DNA of 64,000 nt, from positions 1-64,000 of the forward strand of contig NW_026853344.1 in assembly GCF_026571515.1 (NCBI RefSeq), written 5' to 3'. Of this stretch, positions 13,885 through 25,657 are shown in pieces. The DNA is from Ruditapes philippinarum (Eukaryota). Below the pieces are notes generated by a model. It saw nothing but the letters and a program-made list of their open reading frames with translations, ran no database searches and was not told where the DNA came from. Every line of letters starts with the position of its first letter. The first letter of the stretch is position 1. The position numbers and the translations under genes were made by a program.

Positions 13885-15143
13885 CTGTGATGAGCTACAA
13901 AAGACATTTCTTCTTTGCCTTGATTCCTATCATTGTAATTATTCTGGCAATGAATCAGTTCTTCGAAGGGCATACAATGACGTTAGGGTTATTGAAATGT
14001 AGAACGAAAGTTGATAATGGAAATAATGATAGCTATAAATTGTTGTGGAATAATTTATCTCTGTCAAAGCAAGCGACATTCAACATCAAAGACTTCCTAA
14101 CATTAGATCTAGCACACAATCCAGAAGAAACTAATAAACTTTCTATATTGCTTACAAAACGGTCAGATGTAATTGACGAAGCTCAGAGAATTCACATGAA
14201 TATTTTCAAGTCCCTGTTGGGCGGGTATAAATATGCAATGTTATTCGATTATTCTCCCTCAGAAAACAAAGGTGACTCGGCGATTAGTGTTGGAGAAATA
14301 TTGCTTTTGAGGAAACTCAAAATCGAAATTGTGTTTGCATGTAGAAATTTTGCTGCTGCGGATTATCAGTTTGAAAGAGCTTACAACATCAGTAAAACAT
14401 ATACAAGTAAAGATCTTGTCATTCTTTTTCATGGTGGCGGAAATGTCATTGGTTGGCATGAGGCAGACGTTGCTCGAGGTAAACACATAGCAAGATTTAT
14501 GCAGTTCAATATTGTCATGTTTCTACAAAGTATTTTGATGATGGGAGGTGATTTCCTCATAGAATTTTGCCAGAAAATATATGCATCTCATCCGAGACTT
14601 ACGTTTCTATGGCGAGATAAGGTATCTTTCCGGCTTGGCAAGAAGCTCTTCCCTAAGGTACGTTCGTTATTTTCACCAGATATTGCCTACCAGATCGGTT
14701 TCGTTCCTCGCTTCATGCATCCAACGTTCGATATACTTTGGATAAAACGCACCGATAAAGAGTCTCCACACTACAATACACCTCTAGCACCAGAAGGATA
14801 TCGTATGCATGTTTGTGATTGGTTAATGTGGAAAACCCCGCGTGGGGACTCGCCAATGGAAAACATTTTTTTTATGACAACCAATGGAATGATGTTTTTA
14901 CAGAGAGGTCGAGTAGTTATCACTGATCGTCTTCACAGTCATATTCTATCAACACTTCTCAATATCCCCCACGTATATATTGATAACAAACAACGTAAAA
15001 TATCTAACTATCACACCACATGGACTGCTGGCTTAGATAATGTAGTTTTAGCAAATTCTACTATTGACGCAGTTGAAAAAGCAAAGGAATTGCTGATAAA
15101 ACTTGATAAAGAATTACCTTCAGTTAAAGGATATTTCATATAG
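13885..15143 (+). CDS. Polysaccharide pyruvyltransferase exon, copy 2
   Basis: Open 418-aa ORF with acceptor TTTCAG| at 13884 and ATG at 13890. It carries PQS>LQS and DRLHG>DRLHS relative to all other copies. Confidence 0.85.
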
Positions 15144-18079
15144 TAAGTAAGAAAAGACATTGCATTAGAGGAAAACAAGCTTACGATATGAACTTAACAC
15201 TATAGTTAAAATGTATTATACAAAAATGTCAGTAACGAAAGAAACTTCGGCAGTTTAAGAAGTTATATGCACAAATAAAACAAGCAGAGATGAGAATTCT
15301 ATATTTTAAAAATGTTTTTATTTTTGTATTAATAAACATGTACCAGGAATGTCTAGTGATATTTCTAAAATATATGATTGAAACAAAAAAGCATTCTAAA
15401 GGTCATCCATATCCCCTGTCTAAGTAAAACCTTTGACGGACCTTTAAGTATTACATTGACGTTAAAGAAACAACCTGGTTTTTGAGTTCTGCACATCATC
15501 TCATATTTGCTATCATTTGTTCCAAGTGATTTTGAAACTTTTTAAGCAAGCTAAAGGTTAATCAATCGTACACAAAAGTTGATTTTTATATTTTATCTGA
15601 AGGCATGGTCTTGGGTTAGCTACCTGTTTGTTGCGCTCCGTACATCGTTCAATAATGATGTTCAAAAGTGCCTAGGTATTTTTTAAAACTTTTCTTCGAA
15701 GCGGAGACGCAATGTTTATATATATATTTATTTTACCAATAAGAGTGTACTTTGCCTTGGGGGTAGCAACCTTGTTGCTGCACTCTTCAAGTCGTCTTGT
15801 CAATGAACAGTTATATTGTTGTGGAGCGGACACGAAAATGTTATAGACGGACATATTGATAGGCGGGATCAAATCCTATTTGACCTCCCCACTACGCGAC
15901 AGAGGCTTAATAATCGATCCTCATTACATTGCAAACAGAAGATTATGATAAGCTTTTCATATACCTAGTGAATAGTAGCGACCTCTCGACCCTCAAACAA
16001 AACCAACAGCAATACCTTTTTACAAAGTTTCTTCTCTAAATTATTGAAAAATTGACGAATTATGACAAAATGTAAAATTATTTCGGCTTTTACATTAGCA
16101 TTCACCATGGGCATAATGTCACTTTAATGTAAATGTTTTAACTTTATTCATAAAAAACAACAAACAAACAAACAAATCTCCCCACCAAAAAAAAAAAACA
16201 ACAAACAATTATCGATTTTTTTCATAATCCTTTGTGCACATCTGTATTGAAAATAACAGGTAAAACACTGGACAACAATTCAGAGGGTCTCTCTTTGGCA
16301 ATTAATATTAAATTCTTATTATTGAGCAGAAAATTTACGAAGTTTTTATCGTTTCAAAAGACTTAAACATATCGATGTAATTAAAAATTAGTGATCACTA
16401 TACTGAAATTTATTTCACAACTTATTAAATATAAAAAATGAATTTCCAGCGTTTAAACAACGTGATGATCCAAAAGAAATCATTATCGGACCCAATCTTA
16501 TCAATTTAGCTTCGTTTCCATTTCCAGGGTGCAAAACATTCGTTTTTAATGCATATCTCGCCCCCCTTAGCCTCGTTAAGTCCAAAACTATCTATTTAAA
16601 ATCCATGTCGTACCCCATCTAGCCTCAATTTCAATTTCATGGTAAAATATATATCAATTTCTTGTCCAATATAATTTACTATCGAAGTAAACACTGAATA
16701 ATATCAATATTGTATTCAAAAATATGTAAATAAACATTTTTTTAAGTATAATTAGCATTTGATATGGGCTATTAAGACTCTAAAAGTAAAAGATATATCA
16801 GAAAATTATCGCCATTGATGTACCCGAAATTATATCAGAAAATTATTTAAATATACAAATACAACATATAAAACATAAATGACACATGACATGAATATAT
16901 AAAATTACAAAATAATGGTTTATGTGATGTGAGAATGTTTAATGAGATACGAATTTACATGCATATGTTGCCAGTTATTTTTTTATTGATTTATATTATT
17001 ATATCTGATGTTCTTTGCTCATGTTCAATTAATAACATTTTTAATGTTGTCAATGTTATACACTCAGAATGCTTGGATTTAAAATTATTATTTTTTCTTA
17101 AATCATCATCGTCATAGTGTCTCTCTGTATGGTATTTTTTTAATTTGAATATTTCTTAATATCTTCATGAGCACATCTGTGGATATTAGTAAATTCTAAA
17201 TTTTATGATTTTCACACTGATATGTTGAATTCTGCCTGTCACTAAATTGGCGCGAGGACGATTGGCTCGCACTAAAAACTGACTTCCATAAAACAGACTC
17301 AATCAAATCAAGACTGCAATTTTACAAAAGGACGTTCTTCAAAGTTGCTATTTTATCTTTTAAACTCTTCAAAATTACAGGGTATAAAGCTATATTTTGT
17401 GAAATATTTTTTTATATAAAATCTATCAACAGTAAAATAATGTACTACACGTAGTTTCATTAGTGTAGTGAGCGATATTCTTTTTTTTTTTTGTTAAATT
17501 GTTTTTTGTTTTGTTTATATATTTAGTTAAATTTGTGTATGCCAGAAAGGCGGTATTTATAAGTAGTTAGCGGGACATTTTGTACATGAGGATTTTATAA
17601 AAGGAGCATTCAATGACGGAATATGTTTGTGACATTTTCTCATGCAACGGGGTATACTCACGGACTTCTTGATATTCACATGGGCTTACGAAGAGCGTGA
17701 AAGCTATCATACATTCTCATGCATTAATTCGTTTTCTTTCTTTCGGACAATTTGGACGCTAATGGCAAAATTCTAAAATTATAGTTACAAAATGTGGTAT
17801 CTTAATTATTAATTGGGTATAACTTAATATCGTGAAATTTAAACTGTAAAAAATTTTTTTTTCATACAGATATTTTACAATTACTATTATTCTTTATCAG
17901 ATCCAACCAATCATTTTTAACAGGTATGTAAACTTTGTATCTGAAGCTCGTTTATAAAATCAATATGGGCGTCACGTGATTTCACTTTGGTTTAACGTAT
18001 GCTCAACCAACAATGATTATATTTTTAATTCAAAGTTTACCTTTTTCATTTCATAACTTGACGAGGCAAGCTTTTTTAA

Positions 18080-18547
18080 ATGATGCTGTTTGTTTTCATT
18101 GGCTGGACACTAACATCGTTTGCATGTCATTTCTGTGCAAAACTATTTATAAAGGAATCGACATCATTCATTTCTGGAAATGGAAATAACATAATTGTTT
18201 TAACTGTTCTACAAGTGTTCTTCTACATGCAAGTGGCATCGTTTACGGATAACAATGATAAAGGGATTATGGTTAACAAACTTGTCATTTTCACTGCTCA
18301 CGCATGCGCGACTTTAGCTACAAACTGGAGCATGGCTGTAACATATGTTGCTTCAACATTTGCAATTAAACTCATGGAACCTGTCACCAGTGCTTTATTA
18401 CAAAAATTTATTCTTAATAATGAATTGTCATATCTACAGTACATCAGTATTCCAGCTGTTGTTTGTGGTTCAATATTATTTGCTCAAGAAAATAACACGT
18501 GGGAGTTAAATGTATCCAAAGGAACAGTTCTTGCGTTTATTTCTAAT
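18080..18547 (+). pseudogene. TPT/PEP-translocator exon, copy 3, 5' part (interrupted by retrotransposon)
   Basis: 156 clean codons ending ...AFISN. The exon continues in frame at 25658 once the element is removed. Confidence 0.88.
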
Positions 18548-19191
18548 TTATGTTTGCACCTGGCAAGACTCAGCAGTTTATTTATGTCAAGATAAAATAG
18601 AACAAATACCAAATTGGATGAAAATGTCCAGGCCCAGAGGGCACTGGACTGTTTATTTAAAAAACAAGAAAGAAAGGCATATAAAGCTTATATAAGTAAA
18701 AAACATGACATAAAGTTGGACAGCAATTCGTCCTGTACATATAAAAGTAACATGTAGTAAAACAAACAATATTAAAACTAGGCAAGGAGTTGTGGTGGGG
18801 TGGTGGCGGTAGAGTGAAACAATTTTCAGATAACAATTTTGCGTGCGACACCTAGTGGTGAAAAATTTTCTATGATCCGAAAGATAGAATTACACCGAAA
18901 AGTGTTTAAACACCAGAAATGCCTTAAATGTGCTAAGATGTAAAATAAGATGAAACTGTACAAACATAAATCACTTTATACTGTTCCACTATATAAAGTA
19001 TAATTTTATGTTTGCACCTGGCAAGACTCAGCAGTTTATTTATGTCAAGATAAAATAGAACAAATACCAAATTGGATGAAAATGTCCAGGCCCAGAGGGC
19101 ACTGGACTGTTTATTTAAAAAACAAGAAAGAAAGGCATATAAAGCTTATATAAGTAAAAAACATGACATAAAGTTGGACAGCAATTCGTCC
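18548..19191 (-). repeat. 3' split direct repeats B1-A2-(spacer)-B2 of the Ngaro-type element
   Basis: 18548-18733 equals 19006-19191 (TTATGTTTGCACC...GCAATTCGTCC). 18810-19005 equals 25462-25657. Confidence 0.93.
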
Positions 19192-19950
19192 ACCACTGGT
19201 CCAACCAAAGAGACTTGACAGGCGCAAATTTAGACGACAAAGAAATTTAAATTGTATAGATGCCTACCACTTTCCCAAACCACCAAAAAAAAACAAATAT
19301 ATGTTACAGCAAGTTCTAGAGAAAGTTATAACAAATCTACATGAGTATGATCAAGCAAATCATAGTAGAGAACACTAATGTGGAACAATTTGGAATTCCT
19401 ATCAGGTTACATATATGTAGTCATAAAGTGTAACTAATATATATATATATATATGTATAAGTAACATGAGAAAGAAAAATATTTACAGTTATAACAAAGC
19501 TATTTACAACAAAATGGGTATTAACAACTGTATTATTTTTAAGGGTAAAACTTGTCACATGAGCAAGTGCTTGAAAGTAAAAACTTACAATATAGAAGTT
19601 AACAGGGGTAGACCCTGCCACTAGCAGGTCTATTATTAAAACACTTTCGACTAGATAAATTATTATGAGGCTTATTAAAGCGATGTTAGACAAAAATATG
19701 TGATTTTATTTACTGGAATAATAGTGAGACAAATTGTCAGACTAGAATTATGTTGACTAGTTATGATAGTAAAAATTTACAATACATAAATATAAAAAGC
19801 AATAAAATAAATACAAAAGTACAGATCTTCGGCTCAATAAGGAGCAATTGAAGAAGCATTGCAATGGATTTCATTTTGACTAGCAATATTTTGAGTATGT
19901 ATATAGTTGTAAATAATTAGAAAATGTTACAAAAACCAGCATCAAGATAA

Positions 19951-20399
19951 TTGTGTCACACCCCAATGACACAATAAGCAAATACATATTAACAAAACAA
20001 TTGTCACTTATTTGTGTTTGCCCAATGACACAAAATGCACATACGGAGTAAAACCAAGTCCCTTTAATTGAATCACACTAATGACACACAAAGGCGTATG
20101 TACATGAATAAAAGCAACGTTATTTGTTTGTATCACACCCCGATGACACAAAAAGAGTAATTACACAATACTAGAATAAGATTAATATGATCGTGTCACA
20201 CCCCAATGACACACAAAGTCATATATATATACATGAACAGAAACTGTCATTTTATTTTGCATCACACCCCGATGACACAAAAAAGTAATTGCACAATATT
20301 AGAATAAGAATAATATGGTTGTGTCACACCCCAATGACACAAAGGAAGCAAATAGACATAAATGAAACACCCATGTTTGTGTCACACCCCAATGACACA
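19951..20399 (-). repeat. Array of 8 regularly spaced ~23-bp palindromic repeats (plus-strand TTGTGTCACACCCCAATGACACA) with variable AT-rich spacers, in the element's 3' UTR
   Basis: Copies start at 19951, 20012 (degenerate), 20068 (degenerate), 20128, 20191, 20257, 20319 and 20377, with period 56-66 nt. Each has a TGTGTCA/TGACACA stem. Confidence 0.85.
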
Positions 20400-20443
20400 G
20401 AAAGGCATTTAAATATGGGTAAGGCAGCAGATAGGATTTTTGA

Positions 20444-21394
20444 TCAAGAAACAGGATTTCTTACATTAGCTAGTCTGATGTATCTTTTAAAGGCATTTGA
20501 TTTCCATCTGCCCATTTGCATAATGGTTTGTTCGGGGATTCCTGACAAAATAGCTTGTGTACATGCCCCTATCCTAAAGCTGTGGAGATGATAATACTGA
20601 CGGCTGAGGTGACATAAGTCAAGTAGTTGATCAAAAACACCTTTGAATTTTGAAATAGTGATAGGAGTATTTAATGATGAAATAAAGAGGGGGCCATCAC
20701 GAGCACCCCTGATGGTCAGATACCTGTGAAGTGATTTAATTGGACAAAGAACTTTGGTTCTTTGTAAAGTGACATCAATTGGCTTGACCTCTTTTTTAGT
20801 CTTGTAATTATGTAACTTCAAAGATACATGGGACTTAGTCAGATGAACATGATTGAATTGAATGACTTTGTTACACTTCCTTAAATTTCTTGGAAGAAGT
20901 TCACCCATTCTAAAGAACCCATTGTAAGTGACCAGTATTATAGCTTTGTACAGATATCTATCATACATATTGTCTTTAAAGATATGGTCACAGGCCACTA
21001 TGAGTTTCTTTATGTGGACTTTTAACAGAGGCAAACGTTGATCAAAAGAGGGGGTTAGTTTTTTACACCCCAGGATCATTCTTTTAACAATTACATCATC
21101 ACAAGGGTCAGGGAACCTAGCCACTTGGTGGAAATAAGTTATTGCTGATAAGTGACTGCTAATTGAAGATGGCTTATAGTTCTTTAAATGTAAATAAGCC
21201 ACAAAGTCAGAAATGACAGTGGCAGAAAAAGGCACGTCATGGTACGAATTATTTGATGTTAGGAACTCAACAAATTTTGCCCAAAACCTGTCATATGCTT
21301 GTCTGGTAGTTCTTGCTAGGGACGCCGCTACCAAATTGCCTTTTATTTCAGCAATAGCCATGGAGTCATTGACAGTGGAATGGCTGCTGGGCAT
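20444..21394 (-). CDS. Tyrosine recombinase (YR) of the Ngaro-type retrotransposon
   Basis: 316 aa with catalytic motifs GFFRMGEL, HSFRIGA and GRWKSNAFKRY. Overlaps the RNase H C-terminus in another frame. Confidence 0.93.
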   Translation of the reverse strand: MPSSHSTVNDSMAIAEIKGNLVAASLARTTRQAYDRFWAKFVEFLTSNNSYHDVPFSATVISDFVAYLHLKNYKPSSISSHLSAITYFHQVARFPDPCDDVIVKRMILGCKKLTPSFDQRLPLLKVHIKKLIVACDHIFKDNMYDRYLYKAIILVTYNGFFRMGELLPRNLRKCNKVIQFNHVHLTKSHVSLKLHNYKTKKEVKPIDVTLQRTKVLCPIKSLHRYLTIRGARDGPLFISSLNTPITISKFKGVFDQLLDLCHLSRQYYHLHSFRIGACTQAILSGIPEQTIMQMGRWKSNAFKRYIRLANVRNPVS

Positions 21395-23206
21395 TTGTTT
21401 AGATGAGGAGCGAGTTGAAGGGCTTCTTTGACCTGTAATCGAGATAATTTATCACAGATTATATTAGTAGATGAACTAATATGTTTTGATTTAAAACAGA
21501 AGTTGTATTTGAGGGCCTTTAAAACTATAAATCTGATCAGTTTCATCATTATTTTGTCTTTAGAAGTTTGCTTGTTTAAACAGTAGACTACAGACAAGTT
21601 GTCACTTATAAACAAGACATTCGTTCCTGACCATAAATGACCAAACATTACAACTGCTAATGCTATTGGATAGAGCTCTAAGATATTGATATGGAGCTGT
21701 TGGATTTGAAGTGGAAAACAGCCAAATGTCCATTCATTTGAGTAAACAATTCCGAAGCCTTTAGAACCGGCTGAATCTGTGAATAGATTCATAGTTTGAT
21801 TTGATATAAATCTGTCCCCGGTAAGAAGAGTGCAACCATTGTAATCATGAATGAATTCATGCCACAATTGAATATCAGCCCTGCAATCATTATTCAATTT
21901 GATGTAGTGATGTTTACTATTTATGCCCATAGTTTTATCATATAGACGTCGTAAGAAACAACGACCCGGTTTAATGACTCTACAAGCAAAGTTTAAATGA
22001 CCTAATAATGATTGCAATTCCCTTAGAGTGACTTTCTTTTGTTTCCTGTACATGTTAAGTAAGGATCTTAGGGCTTGAACTTTGTTCTGAGGAAGTTTGG
22101 CGATCATTGACTTGGTATCAATCATAATACCATGTACTTCTACACAGGTCGAAGGTAATGACGTTTTAGCATGTTTGATTGGTAAATTCAAGTCTTTTGC
22201 CAGTGACATGAATTTATTCAATGAGTTTAAACATTCCCCAGTATCAGCAGAACCCACAAAAATGAAATCGTCTATAATGTGTGATACTTTTTGTACTTCA
22301 CATTTTGTTTTCAAAATCCACTGTAAAGAACATGAAAATTTTTCAAATATAGCTACCGAGGAAGAAGCTCCCATAGGTAGTGCTGTATCAAAATAAAATT
22401 TATTGTCAAATGAAAACCCCAATTTCCTGAAATCTAAAGGAGACATAGGGATAACTCTGTATGCATCTTCAATATCAGCCTTAGCAATTTCACAATTGTA
22501 ACCCGAAGATAGGACTAATTTAGCTACATCATCAAATAGTTCTAAACAAACCTCTAAATAATCTTGGAATAAATGAGTTAACTGAGGATCCCCATGAGGG
22601 GTAAGATAGATCATGTATGAGTCGAAAGGAGTTAGGGTCTTTCTTAGGGACGACACCTAAAGGGGAGCAAACTAAGTCATGGAATGGTTTAGTCTTGAAA
22701 GGCCCTTTAATTTTTTGCTTCAAAATCTCAGAGGATAGCTTTGTGCGAACAAAATCAAGGTGAGTGCTAACAGAGCGGTGGTTGTTGGCTGACAATGCCG
22801 GGACATAACCGACAGTACCTAAACTAAAGCCGTAAGTAAAACCATCAATTACCGATTGTTTGAGATAATAACCATCAAGATATTGTTGTAGGGAGGATAC
22901 ATTTATAGGGGTTGATACCTTAAAGCCCTTATTACTTGGCTGTGTTGTCACCTGTTTTGATGGGTTGTTTGAATTTCTTAAAATCAAGGTGGCAGGAGAT
23001 GGCTGCATGCTGTCCTTCACAGTTTGCACATTTGTGACTGACAGAACAGGACTTTTTTGAGCAAGAGGATCTTTTTTGAAATTCCCAACAATAACCTTTT
23101 CTTTGAAAGATGTGGGGCGGGAGGTATTTCCGAAAGGAATGGTTGTTGTTTTGGACTTTGTGATTGGCTGGCTTGTCAATTGAGCAAAAAAGGAATGTTT
23201 CAGCAT
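21343..23206 (-). CDS. Reverse transcriptase-RNase H (pol), split by one frameshift near 22565
   Basis: ORF 22532-23206 has SPLGVVPKK and FRLIHDLSYP. ORF 21343-22656 has KADIEDAYR, LPMG, HIIDDF, LFTDSAGS, INILELYPI and SDN. The frames switch at SVNSFIP/QDY. Confidence 0.88.
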
Positions 23207-23897
23207 GGATTATCCCCCATGGTTGAGGGTTGGTTGCCCTTAGCTGCCTAAACTTAGTGTCGTACAGCAACCAGTTATCAGTAGATTGGGCCATTTTTTG
23301 AATAATAGACATATATTGGAAGAGTTGGCTACTCTCCAAAGGGTACTTGCAACAATACACATCGGCGTATTGTTGAAAGGCTCTAGACCAAGTTAGTATA
23401 GTGCTTATTTGTTTCTTGGACCCCTCCTGAATAGAGGTGACCGTTCTATTTCCAGATTCCTGGATAGTGGTGGTTTTTGATATGTTTTTTTCTCTAAAAT
23501 AAAGAACCCCCAGATCTACAAATTCCCGATTCCATATCTGCTGCCTTAGTTTTGAGTCTATAGGCGGATGGACTAGACTAAAAGATCCTAGATCCACCGA
23601 GTTGTTACTTAAATCAAGGGGAACAGGTCCAGAATCTATGGTGCTTAAACTAACACCATCCTCACTAGTGTCCATTTGGTCATGGTTAGTGGACATGGAT
23701 TGGACATCCTGGTCTGGTTCAATTTCATAATTGGCCGTACCGTCATCTTTATCCGTGGTAGGCAGTAAATCCACAATTTCCTTGAGCACTTCCTCATCTT
23801 TGCTGATGGCAGTGGCGATGAGTTGTGCCAACTTGCTGCTACCATTTTTCTTCTGCTTCTTGCCAGATTTGGCTTTGTTTGGTGCGACTTTGGGCAT
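22932..23897 (-). CDS. Gag-like ORF of the Ngaro-type retrotransposon
   Basis: 321 aa with WLLYDTKFRQ and the C-terminal Cys/His finger CWEF..C....C...HKCANCEGQH....C. Overlaps the start of pol. Confidence 0.85.
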   Translation of the reverse strand: MPKVAPNKAKSGKKQKKNGSSKLAQLIATAISKDEEVLKEIVDLLPTTDKDDGTANYEIEPDQDVQSMSTNHDQMDTSEDGVSLSTIDSGPVPLDLSNNSVDLGSFSLVHPPIDSKLRQQIWNREFVDLGVLYFREKNISKTTTIQESGNRTVTSIQEGSKKQISTILTWSRAFQQYADVYCCKYPLESSQLFQYMSIIQKMAQSTDNWLLYDTKFRQLRATNPQPWGIIHAETFLFCSIDKPANHKVQNNNHSFRKYLPPHIFQRKGYCWEFQKRSSCSKKSCSVSHKCANCEGQHAAISCHLDFKKFKQPIKTGDNTAK

Positions 23898-24660
23898 TCT
23901 GAAATGTAATGTCTTACAAGAATTAATTATAGGTGGGAATATGCTGGGATACTCCCACTTTGATATGGTATAAGAATAGTCTACATGTACAATAAGTGAA
24001 TATAACCAACTGGAACCAATTGTTAAACCAGTGGTAAAAGTGTACTTGTAGAAAAGTATCCAACCAGTGTTACCCGGAAAAATTCACACGCAGGTGATAA
24101 AATTAAATAAATAATGTAAATAGTATGGTATAATTGTGCATCCCCAAACAAACACACGCACGTGTAAATATCTGACTAGCAGAATGTATAAACGGGGAGC
24201 AAACCATGTTCAAATGGTCAACCATACAACGAATATCCTGGGTATCAACTGGTGGATGTGTCGGTATAAAAAATTAACAATGCCAACTCAGGGCACTAAA
24301 TGTTGTTAACAGGGACCTTATTAGGATAATGGTCCAAAACTAAACAGAATAGATGAGAATTGTATGGCAACACAATTCATAAATAATGCAACAATGAAAG
24401 GCAAATTGAATTATCACTTACTTATCTATGGCAAATCTTTTAATGTTAGTTATACCAAATCAAATCTTTGCATGAAATAAATGTCCCACACAACTATCAC
24501 TCATTCACTGTTTTGTCAAATTGAGTGTATGTAATCTGAAACACAATGTATGAAAAGAACATGTAAAAGAAATACATATACAAATATATATAAATATATA
24601 CACATGTGAAGACAGGAAACTTATTGTGATAAACATTTTTCAGCCAATAAAATGGAGCCT

Positions 24661-25218
24661 CTAACTGAAGCATAGTAACGAGGCATAGTAACGAGGCATG
24701 CCCTTTTGGTTGTCAACATGGACCCCATCATTTGCAACATAATCCCTAATAAAACGACGGTTGAAGTTGTTCCGTTTGTGAGTCCAAAATATTAGGGAAG
24801 GCTTGTCTTCACAATATGATTTCAATAACTGATTTGTTGTGTCAGCCTTGGCATTATATACATGGTCACCAGCTCTATGTAAAATTTCATAGATGACAAC
24901 AACTTGACTACCACGACTAAATATATTTGAACATAAACTGATAATGCTATCCACCAACTGATTTGGCTGCAAATTTGGAATGCATAAATCATTACTTCCA
25001 ATATCTACAACTGTGCAGTTTATCTCCAATTCATCTACCAAATAAACATCGCACCAAATTGATTTCGCTTTAGACTTTGACGCGACATAAGCTCCGCCCA
25101 CTCCATGCCAATAAACTTGCACGCGGTCCGAATCTAAATTCAAATTCAACAAACATTTCGTACCACACCATCTCTGGAGGCGCTTTGTAAAAGAGTGGCC
25201 CAGTAACAAAACATTCAT
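24661..25218 (-). CDS. SGNH/GDSL hydrolase ORF at the 5' end of the element, C-terminus frameshifted by a 13-bp duplication
   Basis: Blocks LLLGHSF, GVGG, DIGSNDL and DGVH, with ATG at 25218. GCATAGTAACGAG is tandemly duplicated at ~24670-24695. Confidence 0.82.
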   Translation of the reverse strand: MNVLLLGHSFTKRLQRWCGTKCLLNLNLDSDRVQVYWHGVGGAYVASKSKAKSIWCDVYLVDELEINCTVVDIGSNDLCIPNLQPNQLVDSIISLCSNIFSRGSQVVVIYEILHRAGDHVYNAKADTTNQLLKSYCEDKPSLIFWTHKRNNFNRRFIRDYVANDGVHVDNQKGMPRYYASLLCFS

Positions 25219-25461
25219 AACTATTCTCAAACAAAGAGATTAATGAAAAGGAACGATACAAATTATGTAACAAACCCACGCTATCCACGCTGTCCTAAGT
25301 AGGTCACTCACGCTCGTCGTTGATGCTGTGACAGTGTCGCCGAGAAAACTAACTGCTTTTTAACCAGAAGCTATTTGCGACTACGTGGTAGATTAAATAA
25401 GCTTCCCCAAATAAATAATTATTGAGAATAACTGTTGACGAGCAATAAATAAAATATAAAA

Positions 25462-25657
25462 TAGAGTGAAACAATTTTCAGATAACAATTTTGCGTGCGA
25501 CACCTAGTGGTGAAAAATTTTCTATGATCCGAAAGATAGAATTACACCGAAAAGTGTTTAAACACCAGAAATGCCTTAAATGTGCTAAGATGTAAAATAA
25601 GATGAAACTGTACAAACATAAATCACTTTATACTGTTCCACTATATAAAGTATAATT
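25462..25657 (-). repeat. 5' terminal repeat A1 of the Ngaro-type element
   Basis: 196-bp match to 18810-19005. Confidence 0.93.

Larger units (their letters stand above)
18548..25657 (-). mobile_element. Full-length tyrosine-recombinase retrotransposon (DIRS order, Ngaro-type split direct repeats), 7110 bp
   Basis: Minus-strand layout is A1(25657-25462), SGNH, gag, RT/RNaseH, YR, B1(19191-19006), A2(19005-18810), spacer, B2(18733-18548). A is 196 bp and B is 186 bp, each pair apparently identical. No TSD and no methyltransferase domain after RNase H. Confidence 0.93.

Noticed and set aside
17590-17810. TATA-like box and donor-like AAAATGTG|GT upstream of each plus-strand copy as promoter and first exon
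   Set aside because: Conservation is explained by recent duplication and the donor consensus is weak and variable. Not supportable without transcripts.
19951-20399. Calling the hairpin array a true CRISPR array
   Set aside because: Eukaryotic retrotransposon context, no cas genes, degenerate repeats and mutually related spacers. Kept as a structured repeat array.
21213-23973. Plus-strand ORFs inside the retrotransposon, and antisense ORFs over the transferases and RhoGEF exons
   Set aside because: Short shadows of real coding frames with no recognisable motifs.
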